DNA of 64,000 nucleotides from Patescibacteria group bacterium (GTDB lineage Bacteria; Patescibacteriota; Patescibacteriia; Patescibacteriales; JBAZCA01). The notes under the pieces were generated by a model. It did no database searches, had not been told where the DNA came from, and was given only the letters and a program-made list of their open reading frames with translations. Shown piece by piece: positions 9,241-17,464 of this stretch. The translations under genes were made by a program, and so were the position numbers. Within the stretch, counting starts at the first letter, position 1, and each line of letters opens with the position of its first letter. The stretch is from assembly GCA_041661405.1 (NCBI GenBank), contig JBAZUL010000008.1, positions 3,640-67,639 of the forward strand, read 5' to 3'.

Positions 9241-10587
9241 TTACCTGATTCTTAATTTATATATCCCTTTCACGCCTTTATCTGATCCGAAAAAATAAAT
9301 TGATTCGCCGCGGCCGTCTAAAACCGGAGAAGCGACGAAATCCATATTGGCGAGCGTTGTTACCTTTCTTTCATTGCCGGATATCTCCAGCATGTTTATT
9401 GATTCACGAGTGGAAAAAATAATAAACTTTCCGTCCGGATGCCAGATTAGATCTTTTACCTCCCGGCTCAGGCGGGTAAGGAGTTCGCGGTCGGCGCCGC
9501 CGGATCCGGCTTTCCAGATTTCAAAATCATTGGCAAAAAGAAAATTGTCATCATCAATCCGGTAAACCTTTCCCGCCCCGTTTATTATTTCTTTTATCGG
9601 CGCGAAGGCGGCCGGGTCAATTATATAAAGGATTTTACGCGTCTTGTCCAGCAGGCGAATAATCCCGTTTCCGCCGGCAATAAATTCGTAATCCGCGGAA
9701 AAAGGCAATTCTACGCTCCGTTCGGTTTTCGCGTCCTTCAAATTCCAAATATTCAAAAAAACTTTGCTGGAAATACGGCTGGCGTAGGCGAGCCGGTCTC
9801 CGGAAACCATATAATCTTCCGCTTCGCCATTGATTTTAATCGGGTTTTCGGCGCTTTTTAGGTCAGCGGAAACCCGGTAAATATCGTTTGACTTTAAAAA
9901 ATAAATTTTTTCGCTGTTTGTGTCGTCAAATCTAACCGGCCCGTAATCTTTTTTCAGCGCGGACGAAAGATCGGCGCCCGTCCAGCCGGAAGACTCTTTA
10001 TATAACTTTTCCCCGATTAGAACGGCTCTTCCGTCCGTTGACCATACAGCTTTTTCAGCTTCCGCCGCCCCGTCCAGTCCGGATGAAGTTTCGCGGTCCG
10101 TAAAAAATATTTCTCCCCCTTTTTCCGACAAATAGGTAAATTTTTTTTTATCCGGCGACAAAGACGCTCCTTCGCCGGAAGATGAAGCGATGAGAAGAGG
10201 CATATCCTTCCTGATAAGGACAATGCCATCAAAACTCGCCGCCTCGCCGGAGTTAATTTTAATTTTCCTTTCCCAGTCCCAATAGCCGTCAAGCTCAAGT
10301 TTTACCGCGTATTCGCCGGGAAGAAGATTTTTTATTTTCGCCGGAGTTGTTATGGGGGCGTTCTCTCCAAAAAATCCTGAGAGACTGGCAGCCTTCCGCG
10401 GACTGCCGTTAAGATAAACCGCCGCGCCTTTGGGGAGCGTTTCAATATTTAGCACTCCGGTTTTTTCAACCCGCCCGGAACCAAGGTTTAATTTATAACC
10501 GGCCGCGTAAAGCATGACCAGAGGAGTGATGGTAATAAAAGAAATTATAAATAAAAGGAATAGTATTTTACGTAATTTGTTTGACAT
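9241..10587 (-). CDS. PEGA domain-containing membrane-anchored protein
   Basis: N-terminal TM anchor, a PEGA-like segment (LPKGAAVYLNG...LPGEYAVKLELDGYWDWERKIKI) and a long beta-rich C-terminal region. The start is uncertain (TTG 10608, ATG 10599 or ATG 10587). Confidence 0.7.
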   Translation of the reverse strand: MSNKLRKILFLLFIISFITITPLVMLYAAGYKLNLGSGRVEKTGVLNIETLPKGAAVYLNGSPRKAASLSGFFGENAPITTPAKIKNLLPGEYAVKLELDGYWDWERKIKINSGEAASFDGIVLIRKDMPLLIASSSGEGASLSPDKKKFTYLSEKGGEIFFTDRETSSGLDGAAEAEKAVWSTDGRAVLIGEKLYKESSGWTGADLSSALKKDYGPVRFDDTNSEKIYFLKSNDIYRVSADLKSAENPIKINGEAEDYMVSGDRLAYASRISSKVFLNIWNLKDAKTERSVELPFSADYEFIAGGNGIIRLLDKTRKILYIIDPAAFAPIKEIINGAGKVYRIDDDNFLFANDFEIWKAGSGGADRELLTRLSREVKDLIWHPDGKFIIFSTRESINMLEISGNERKVTTLANMDFVASPVLDGRGESIYFFGSDKGVKGIYKLRIR

Positions 10588-10599
10588 ATAAGCTTCCAT

Positions 10600-10701
10600 A
10601 ATTCCCAATTCCTAATTTCCAATGCCTAATAAAATTCTAAATTTAGAATGTCAAAAAAATTTGAAAATTAGAAATTTTATTGGGATTTGGGATTTGGAAA
10701 T
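10600..10701. repeat. Inverted pair of heptamer arrays flanking an AT-rich core
   Basis: AATTCCC AATTCCT AATTTCC AATGCCT (10600-10627) faces TGGGATT TGGGATT TGGAAAT (10681-10701). The two arrays are approximately reverse complementary. Confidence 0.85.
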
Positions 10702-12014
10702 TATTCTATCCTCCTGATATCGGCTCCGAGCTTATTGAGCCGGCCGACAATATCTTCGTAGCCCCGTTCAATGGAATAGGAATTTCTTAGTACCGACCGT
10801 CCGCGGGCGGCGAGCATGGCGATAAGTAAATTTATGGACGGCCGGAGCGCCGGAGGACTGATAATTTCCGCCGGTTTGAGTTCAGTCGGGCCGGTGACGG
10901 AAACGCGATGCGGATCGTAGAGCGCCACGTCGGCGCCGAGCTTATTTAATTCAGTGTAATAGATCGCCCGGTTTTCATAAATCCAGTCATGCACCAGAGT
11001 CTTTCCTTCCGCCTGCGTCAGAATCGGGACGAATAACGGCAGGTTATCAATATTCAAACCCGGGTAAGGCAAAGGATGGATTTTATCCGGAAGCGCTTTC
11101 AGCCGGGAAGGGAGGACTTCAATATCAACGAGGTCAAAATAACCGTTTTCCGATTTGTAAGGTTTTGAAATTTTTAATTTTTGGCCCATGACCCTGAGTT
11201 TTTCAATTTCCAGCCGCAAAAAATCAATCGGACAGCGCGTTATTTTAATCCGGGATTTTGTCGTGATGGCAATGGAAATAAAAGCCATGGATTCAACCGG
11301 GTCGGGCATGACGGGGTAGTTATCCACCGGGGATAATTTTTCCACTCCGGAAATGACGAGCTTATTGGTGCCGATGCCGGAAATTTTCGCCCCGGCCGCG
11401 GAAAGGAAGCGGCACAAATCCTGCACCATGTAATTGGATGAAGCGAAATAAATTTCCGTCTTTTTAACCCCCAGTACGGCGGCGAAAATCGTATTTTCGG
11501 TGGCCGTATCGCCGGTTTCGTGCATAGTTACCGAACTGTCGCGCGGTTTGACTTTCGTTATCTCATATTGGCAATCAGTATCTTTTACCGAAAAACCCAT
11601 TTGTTCCATAGCCAGCTTATAGGGGTTAACCGTCCTTTTTCCGAGCTTACAGCCCGAACCTTTCGGCAGGCTAAAGCGGTTAAATATCGGCGAAAGCGAC
11701 CCCATAAAAAGCAGGGCGGCGCGGGTTTTCGCGAATGATTCATGGTTTAAATTTTTCAGGCTGATTTTCATGTCATTAACTATTTCCAGCTCATGTTTCC
11801 CGATCCATTTTATTTTCAGGCCGATGGATTCAAGGATTTCAATAATCCTTTTTACCTCTTCAATAATCGGGACATTAGCCAATGTGGTGCGTCCGGGAAT
11901 CATGGGCATGGCCGCGAGAATCGCCACGGCCGAGTTCTTCGCCGAATTGGTCGCGACCGTACCTTTTAATTTTTTTCCTCCGTTTATCAAGTAGTTTGAC
12001 ATATATTGACACAT
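10701..12014 (-). CDS. murA: UDP-N-acetylglucosamine 1-carboxyvinyltransferase
   Basis: KNSAVAILAA, an active-site loop with Cys (GSGCKLGKRTV) and the C-terminal RGYEDIVGRLNKLGADI. An alternative ATG lies at 12002. Confidence 0.9.
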   Translation of the reverse strand: MCQYMSNYLINGGKKLKGTVATNSAKNSAVAILAAMPMIPGRTTLANVPIIEEVKRIIEILESIGLKIKWIGKHELEIVNDMKISLKNLNHESFAKTRAALLFMGSLSPIFNRFSLPKGSGCKLGKRTVNPYKLAMEQMGFSVKDTDCQYEITKVKPRDSSVTMHETGDTATENTIFAAVLGVKKTEIYFASSNYMVQDLCRFLSAAGAKISGIGTNKLVISGVEKLSPVDNYPVMPDPVESMAFISIAITTKSRIKITRCPIDFLRLEIEKLRVMGQKLKISKPYKSENGYFDLVDIEVLPSRLKALPDKIHPLPYPGLNIDNLPLFVPILTQAEGKTLVHDWIYENRAIYYTELNKLGADVALYDPHRVSVTGPTELKPAEIISPPALRPSINLLIAMLAARGRSVLRNSYSIERGYEDIVGRLNKLGADIRRIE

Positions 12015-12048
12015 TACCGGAAATATGGAATTTTTTCAAGTGATTGTA

Positions 12049-12111
12049 TCGCTCACACGCCGGATCCCGCATGCCTTCGGCTGCGGGATGATTTGCTCAC
12101 ACGCAAATCAT
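12049..12111. repeat. Modular palindromic element, copy 1
   Basis: TCGCTCACACGC (12049-12060); hairpin ATCCCGCA-N10-TGCGGGAT (12064-12089); hairpin ATGATTTGC-TCACAC-GCAAATCAT (12088-12111). The same modules recur at 37669-37776. Confidence 0.85.
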
Positions 12112-12112
12112 T

Positions 12113-12140
12113 TTGACTTTCATAATAAAAATGGTAATCT
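12113..12140 (+). promoter_or_regulatory. Candidate promoter for the L,D-transpeptidase gene
   Basis: TTGACT (12113-12118), a 16-nt spacer, then TAATCT (12135-12140). The -10 element is weak. Confidence 0.35.
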
Positions 12141-12166
12141 TAATCAATAGTTTAACCCCGGATAGT

Positions 12167-12922
12167 ATGAAAAATTCTAAATACGCGGTCATGTGTTTTA
12201 TAATCCTCGCCTGCCTTATCGCCGGCCGGGCGAAGGCTAATGGTTTGCCGGATGAGGACAAAGACATGGTTCCGGATCAGGATGAAATCAGCCTATATCG
12301 AACCGACCCGAAAAATCCGGATACGGATGGCGACAGTTATGGCGACTGGCTGGAACTGACGAGCGGTTTTTCGCCTCACACAGCCAAAAAAATAAAACTG
12401 GAAGAAAATGACCTTGACGCTGACGGCCTTAACGACAGCCTGGAATTAAAATTCCATACCATCCTTGATAATCCGGATACTGATGCTGACGGTTTTTCGG
12501 ACGGCGAAGAAATAAAAACCGGCTCTAATCCCCTTGATCCAACCGCTGGCGCCAGACTAGAAAAAAGGATTGAAATTGATTCCGGCTGGGCGCAGACTTT
12601 AAGCTATTTTTTAGGAGGAGTCCGGCTCGGAGAATTCCGGGTTTCCACCGGTAAGCCGTTGATGCCTACGCCTAAAGGCGAATTTACGATCAGCTCAAAG
12701 ATTGAAAAAGCCTGGTCAAAAACTTACGGGCTCTGGATGCCTTATTGGCTTGGCATGGGAAAATTCGGCATCCATGAACTGCCGGTCTGGCCCGGCGGTT
12801 ACCGCGAAGGCGAGGACCATCTTGGCAAACCGGTTTCACACGGCTGTATCCGCTTAGGCATCGGCCCGGCAAAAACCCTTTACAACTGGACTGAATTAGG
12901 AACAAAGGTTAATATTCATTAA
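12167..12922 (+). CDS. L,D-transpeptidase (YkuD domain) with thrombospondin-3-like Ca-binding repeats
   Basis: Signal peptide MKNSKYAVMCFIILACLIAGRAKA; repeats DPKNPDTDGDSYGD, DLDADGLND and NPDTDADGFSDGEE; catalytic HGCIRL. The tracked TTG start at 12113 coincides with the -35-like TTGACT, so I prefer ATG 12167. Confidence 0.8.
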   Translation: MKNSKYAVMCFIILACLIAGRAKANGLPDEDKDMVPDQDEISLYRTDPKNPDTDGDSYGDWLELTSGFSPHTAKKIKLEENDLDADGLNDSLELKFHTILDNPDTDADGFSDGEEIKTGSNPLDPTAGARLEKRIEIDSGWAQTLSYFLGGVRLGEFRVSTGKPLMPTPKGEFTISSKIEKAWSKTYGLWMPYWLGMGKFGIHELPVWPGGYREGEDHLGKPVSHGCIRLGIGPAKTLYNWTELGTKVNIH

Positions 12923-12985
12923 ATTATTTATTTAGTAACATGGCGCGACAGCCAACAAGCCGCGTTTCGCGCCAAAGATAATAAT

Positions 12986-13210
12986 ATGAAAGAAAAAATT
13001 GAAAAAGCCCTGGATCAGATCCGGCCGATGCTGCAAGCCGACGGCGGAGATGTCCGCTTCGTGAGCTTTGACGAAAAAAACGGCAAGCTGAAAATTGAAC
13101 TCATGGGCGCCTGCTCGCATTGCCCGATGTCGCATATCACCCTAACGCAGGGAATTGAAGAGACAATCAAAAAAGAAGTCCCGGAAGTGAAGGAAATAGA
13201 GGCGGTGTAA
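12986..13210 (+). CDS. NifU C-terminal (Nfu-type) domain protein
   Basis: 74 aa with LQADGGDV and the GACSHCPMS CxxC motif. Confidence 0.8.
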   Translation: MKEKIEKALDQIRPMLQADGGDVRFVSFDEKNGKLKIELMGACSHCPMSHITLTQGIEETIKKEVPEVKEIEAV

Positions 13211-13213
13211 ATT

Positions 13214-13999
13214 ATGCGTAAATATTACATCATCTTCAAAAATTCCATCCAGGCCAACCTGGCTTATCGTTTTAATACGTTTGCTTTTCTTTTTGCCGAG
13301 GCGTTTTCTTTTGTCATAATGTTTTATCTTTTTTTCTCCATTTACGCCCAGGGACAAAAGATGGGGAACTACAGCCTGACGAACCTTGTTGCATATTTCG
13401 CGCTTACTAAACTTATTACAGTCACCCTTTTATACGACAATTTCGGATTTACTGTCAGGGACGAAATAATGGAAGGCCGGATTGTTGAGTATCTCGTTAA
13501 GCCAATCGGCTACATGGCAAAATCTTTCGCCCTTAAAATGGGCAACATAATCTTCCGGTTGCTGCCATTCATTATCATCATCGCGCCCCTATACTTTTTT
13601 TTCAGCTTATCCGTTAACCTGGCCGAAATTTTTTATTTTTCCGCGTTTTTTCTGATCGGTTCTCTGATCAGTTTTTTTGTTTTTTATATCGTCGGCATAG
13701 CTTCTTTTTTTATCGGAGAAATAGTCGGATTCAACTTCCTGTTTTTAAATATCATATACTTTTTTTCCGGCGGCGCGATACCGATTGACCTTTTTCCCGA
13801 AAACATCCGGGCAATAATTAATTTTTTTCCTTTTAAATTAATTGGCTTTGTTCCAGTATCCATAATTACCGGCAATTACGACCTTTCATCGGCTCCGCGT
13901 GATATTCTTTCAGGGATAGTCTGGATTTTAATTTTTTACGGATTGGCGAAAATTTTGTTCGCGTCAGGCATCAGGCGGCTTGAAGCCTATGGCAGCTGA
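13214..13999 (+). CDS. ABC-2 family permease (COG4587/DUF990-like)
   Basis: Six hydrophobic helices and YFFSGGAIPIDLFPENIRAIINFFPF, related to the motifs in the 14801 and 15649 genes. Confidence 0.7.
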   Translation: MRKYYIIFKNSIQANLAYRFNTFAFLFAEAFSFVIMFYLFFSIYAQGQKMGNYSLTNLVAYFALTKLITVTLLYDNFGFTVRDEIMEGRIVEYLVKPIGYMAKSFALKMGNIIFRLLPFIIIIAPLYFFFSLSVNLAEIFYFSAFFLIGSLISFFVFYIVGIASFFIGEIVGFNFLFLNIIYFFSGGAIPIDLFPENIRAIINFFPFKLIGFVPVSIITGNYDLSSAPRDILSGIVWILIFYGLAKILFASGIRRLEAYGS

Positions 14000-14004
14000 A
14001 ATTT

Positions 14005-14799
14005 ATGCTGAGATATTTAAAAATCTGGAAAATTCATGTCCGGGCGGCTTTTATGCAGAGGATGGCCTACCGCCTTAACTTCTTTATGATCGCGGTGGCC
14101 GTAATAATTCACGCCTCCATAACCGTCATTTTTTTTAAAGTTCTGTTCGGATACGTTAATAATATCGCAGGCTGGAACTTTAATGAATCCATGCTTATTG
14201 TCGGCTCATTCCTTCTCGTTGACGGCCTGATTTGGACCACCTGCGCCCAGCTTACCGGAATCCCTAAGCACATAAAGCTCGGCACTTTGGACGGCCTCAT
14301 CGTAAAACCCATAAGCACCCAATTTTTAGTTAGCGTCTTTCGGGCCGACCCTGAAGACTGGGGCCGGGTAGCGACCGCGCTTTTTCTCCTAACCAGTAGC
14401 GCTATAGCGCTTAACTATAGTCTAGCGGATATATTTTCGCGCCTGCCTTATTATATCATTGCCATTGCCTGCGCCTGCGTCATAACTTACAGCGTTGTCG
14501 CTTTCGCGAGATGCCTTTCTTTCTGGTTTACCGAAGCGGGCGGAACCTGGTATATTTGCGAAAATATTATCCGCTCGGCTGGCTATCCGACTGATATTTA
14601 TAGCCACGTTCTCGTCCGCCTCCTTTTTTCCACCGTTATCCCCCTCGCTTTCATGGCGACTGTACCGGCGAAAATTTTTATTCATGGCTTTGATTTTTGG
14701 CTAATTTTATCGTCAATCGCTTTGGCCGTTATATTTTTCTTTGCCTCCCGAAAGTTCTGGAAATTCGCGCTTAAGCATTACTCAAGCGCGTCAAGCTAA
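14005..14799 (+). CDS. ABC-2 family permease (COG3694-like)
   Basis: Polytopic membrane protein with WFTEAGGTWYICENIIRSAGYPTDIY..IPLAFMATVPAKIF, typical of the second permease of this uncharacterised ABC-2 system. Confidence 0.65.
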   Translation: MLRYLKIWKIHVRAAFMQRMAYRLNFFMIAVAVIIHASITVIFFKVLFGYVNNIAGWNFNESMLIVGSFLLVDGLIWTTCAQLTGIPKHIKLGTLDGLIVKPISTQFLVSVFRADPEDWGRVATALFLLTSSAIALNYSLADIFSRLPYYIIAIACACVITYSVVAFARCLSFWFTEAGGTWYICENIIRSAGYPTDIYSHVLVRLLFSTVIPLAFMATVPAKIFIHGFDFWLILSSIALAVIFFFASRKFWKFALKHYSSASS

Positions 14800-14800
14800 T

Positions 14801-15598
14801 ATGAAAAAATACCTTACCATCGCCAAAAATAAAACCCAGGCTGAATTTTCGCACCGGGCGAACGTCTTCGCCTACATCGGCGGCAACATGCTGGATTTGT
14901 TCGTGCAGGTCGTAATCTGGACGGCGATTTTCAGCTCGGTTGATATTGTCGGCGGCTATTCTAAGCCCGAAATGATCACCTACGTCGTTGTCGGCTGGAT
15001 TTTTATGTATCTTTCAACCAACTACGGCTATGAAGAATACATAAAAAAAGACATCCACGAAGGCAAACTTTCAAACTATCTTATCAAACCGGTCAATTAT
15101 TTAAGCTATATTTCTTTCCATTCAATCGGCCGCCTCCTGTTCGCTTTCTCAATAATCCTTCTGCAGGCTTTGTTTTTTATCTTATTTTTCCGCGGGACGC
15201 TTATTTTCAGCTTAAACCCGGCCGGCGTCCTGATTTTTATCCTGATGTTCATTTTTTCCTATGCCATAAAATTTTCCATCTCGGTTATCATCGGTTTTAT
15301 GTCATTCTGGGCTTCTGACGTATCGGGACTTTATTTCGCCTTAAATATTCTAAACCGTTTTTTGTCCGGCGCTTTTTTTCCGATTGCTTTTCTCCCGGCC
15401 ACGGTTGCAAAGCTAAGTTATTTTTTTCCCTTTATTTATACATATTTTCTTCCGATCCAGTTTTATCTCGGAAAAATTTCTCTCTCCGGCGGAATCTTGA
15501 TACTGGCCGGCCAGGCGTTATGGATCGCTGTTTTATATCTTGTAATTAAATTCATTTGGAAAAGGGGGCTATTGAAGTTTGAAGGGACTGGAATATAA
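14801..15598 (+). CDS. ABC-2 family permease (COG4587-like), paralog of 15649-16452
   Basis: EMITYVVVGW, FLSGAFFPIAFLPA and FIYTYFLPIQFYLGKIS are shared with the next gene. ATG 14801 follows the upstream stop by 1 nt; the tracked 14741 extension overlaps the previous gene. Confidence 0.75.
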   Translation: MKKYLTIAKNKTQAEFSHRANVFAYIGGNMLDLFVQVVIWTAIFSSVDIVGGYSKPEMITYVVVGWIFMYLSTNYGYEEYIKKDIHEGKLSNYLIKPVNYLSYISFHSIGRLLFAFSIILLQALFFILFFRGTLIFSLNPAGVLIFILMFIFSYAIKFSISVIIGFMSFWASDVSGLYFALNILNRFLSGAFFPIAFLPATVAKLSYFFPFIYTYFLPIQFYLGKISLSGGILILAGQALWIAVLYLVIKFIWKRGLLKFEGTGI

Positions 15599-15617
15599 TC
15601 CGCCTGCTGGCGGAAAA

Positions 15618-15645
15618 TTCCAAATTCCAAAAACCAAATCCCAAA
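15618..15645. repeat. Tandem heptamer array TTCCAAA TTCCAAA AACCAAA TCCCAAA
   Basis: Four exact-period units ending 3 nt before the ATG at 15649. Confidence 0.85.
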
Positions 15646-15648
15646 AAT

Positions 15649-16452
15649 ATGAATTTTAATAAATATCTCGCCATTACCAAAATTGAGATGTCGCGCCAGC
15701 TCCAGCACCGATTTCAAGTCGCGAGCTACCGCGTCGGAAATTTAATTGAGGTCATAATACCGCTTATAATCTGGACTGTTGCTTTCCGCTCCGCCGGGGT
15801 AATCAAAGGCTATACTTATGACGAGATGATAACTTATGTCGTTGTCGGCTGGCTTATTCTTTACCTTACCGCCAGTTACGGTTTTGAGCGGGTGCTCGCG
15901 CTTTTAATTTACGACGGCGCTCTTTCGCAATTTATAACCAAGCCGATCAGTTTTCTCCGCTACGCTTTTACCCTCGGATTCAGCCGTTCGCTTTTAGCCA
16001 TTTTCCTCTCGCTCATTATCCAGGCCGGGGTGATATTTATCGCCCGGGAGCATATCGTCTTCCGAGCCGGACTCCTTGACGGGCTGATTCTTATTTTAAT
16101 GGTCGCCCTGGCCGTTGTCATCCGGCTCTTTTATTCCATTTTAATCAGCCTCGCCGCTTTCTGGACTGATGAGATTTCCGGCGTTGACTTCACGGCCTCG
16201 TCCATTATAAAATTCTTTTCCGGCGCATTTTTTCCGGTTAACATTTTACCGGCTTTTTTTATGAACCTCTCGCTGGCGACGCCGTTTATCTATACTTATT
16301 ATTTTCCGGTTCAGATCGTTCTCGGGAAAGTAAGTACGGTTTCGGCCGTTAAAGGATTGGCAGTTGAGCTATTATGGATTTTTATCATGTATGCTATTAT
16401 AAAAATAGTCTGGCGAGCCGGGCTCCGAAAGTATGAAAGCGTGGGAATATAA
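15649..16452 (+). CDS. ABC-2 family permease (COG4587-like), paralog of 14801-15598
   Basis: EMITYVVVGW, FFSGAFFPVNILPA and FIYTYYFPVQIVLGKVS. Confidence 0.75.
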   Translation: MNFNKYLAITKIEMSRQLQHRFQVASYRVGNLIEVIIPLIIWTVAFRSAGVIKGYTYDEMITYVVVGWLILYLTASYGFERVLALLIYDGALSQFITKPISFLRYAFTLGFSRSLLAIFLSLIIQAGVIFIAREHIVFRAGLLDGLILILMVALAVVIRLFYSILISLAAFWTDEISGVDFTASSIIKFFSGAFFPVNILPAFFMNLSLATPFIYTYYFPVQIVLGKVSTVSAVKGLAVELLWIFIMYAIIKIVWRAGLRKYESVGI

Positions 16453-16466
16453 ATCAATTGAACATT

Positions 16467-17456
16467 ATGCCGATCATAAAAGTAAAAAAATTATCAAAAA
16501 CCTACGAGTATTATAAAAAGAGCCCCGGACTCTGGGCTTCGGTCAAGGGACTCTTTCGCCGGGAGAAATTATTTACCGAAGCGGTCAAGGACATCAATTT
16601 TACGATTGATGAAGGCGAGCTGGTCGGGTTTTTAGGGCCGAACGGGGCGGGGAAGACTACGACCCTGAAAATGCTTTCGGGAATATTGTATCCGACTTCG
16701 GGCGAGGCGAGTGTTATGGGTTATACGCCCTGGCAGCGCGAAAAAGAATACCAAAAGCAATTCGCTCTGGTCATGGGCCAGAAAAACCAGCTTTGGTGGG
16801 ATTTGCCGGCCATGGAAAGTTTTATTTTAAACAAGGAAATTTATGAAGTCCCGGACAAAGATTTTAAATACAACCTGGATGAACTGGTTGAACTTTTAGG
16901 CATAAAAGACATTCTGGACATCCAGGTCAGGAAGCTTAGCTTAGGCCAGCGGATGAAATGCGAGCTGGTCGCCGCGCTTCTGCACAAACCGCGCGTTTTA
17001 TACCTTGACGAGCCGACCATCGGGCTTGACGTCATCGCCCAGAAAAACATCCGCGACTTCATAAAAAAATACAACCGGGAAAATAAGACTACGATCATGC
17101 TCACTTCCCATTATATGGAAGACATAAAAGAACTCTGCGACCGGGTAATCATCATTGACCGGGGAATAATAATTTACGACGGCGGCCTTGATTCTTTGAT
17201 CGCCAAATACGCGCCTTACAAAGAATTAAACCTCACTTTTAACGGCGATGGCGTCCGAAGAGAAGAAATAAAAAAATTCGGCCAGGTGGCGAAGTACGAG
17301 CCTTTCGCCGTTACCCTGAAAGTGGATCGGGAAATGGTAAAAGACGCGGCGCGAAAGATTCTCGCTTCCGGCCTGCCGGTTGACGATATTATGATTGACG
17401 AAGTTGACGTTGACGACGTGATCAGACGGATGTTCAATGATTCCCGTAACTCATAA
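16467..17456 (+). CDS. ABC transporter ATP-binding protein (COG4586-like)
   Basis: Walker A GPNGAGKTT, signature LSLGQRM and Walker B VLYLDEPTIGLD. I prefer ATG 16467 to the tracked TTG at 16458. Confidence 0.9.
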   Translation: MPIIKVKKLSKTYEYYKKSPGLWASVKGLFRREKLFTEAVKDINFTIDEGELVGFLGPNGAGKTTTLKMLSGILYPTSGEASVMGYTPWQREKEYQKQFALVMGQKNQLWWDLPAMESFILNKEIYEVPDKDFKYNLDELVELLGIKDILDIQVRKLSLGQRMKCELVAALLHKPRVLYLDEPTIGLDVIAQKNIRDFIKKYNRENKTTIMLTSHYMEDIKELCDRVIIIDRGIIIYDGGLDSLIAKYAPYKELNLTFNGDGVRREEIKKFGQVAKYEPFAVTLKVDREMVKDAARKILASGLPVDDIMIDEVDVDDVIRRMFNDSRNS

Positions 17457-17463
17457 CACGTAA
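17443..17463. repeat. Tandem heptamer array CCCGTAA CTCATAA CACGTAA
   Basis: Three units spanning the ATPase stop codon and ending 1 nt before the ATG at 17465. Confidence 0.7.
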
Positions 17464-17464
17464 C

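Noticed and set aside
12113-12166. TTG-initiated N-terminal extension of the L,D-transpeptidase ORF
   Set aside because: The TTG is the first triplet of a -35-like TTGACT box shared with the rnpB promoter. The ATG at 12167 begins a canonical signal peptide.
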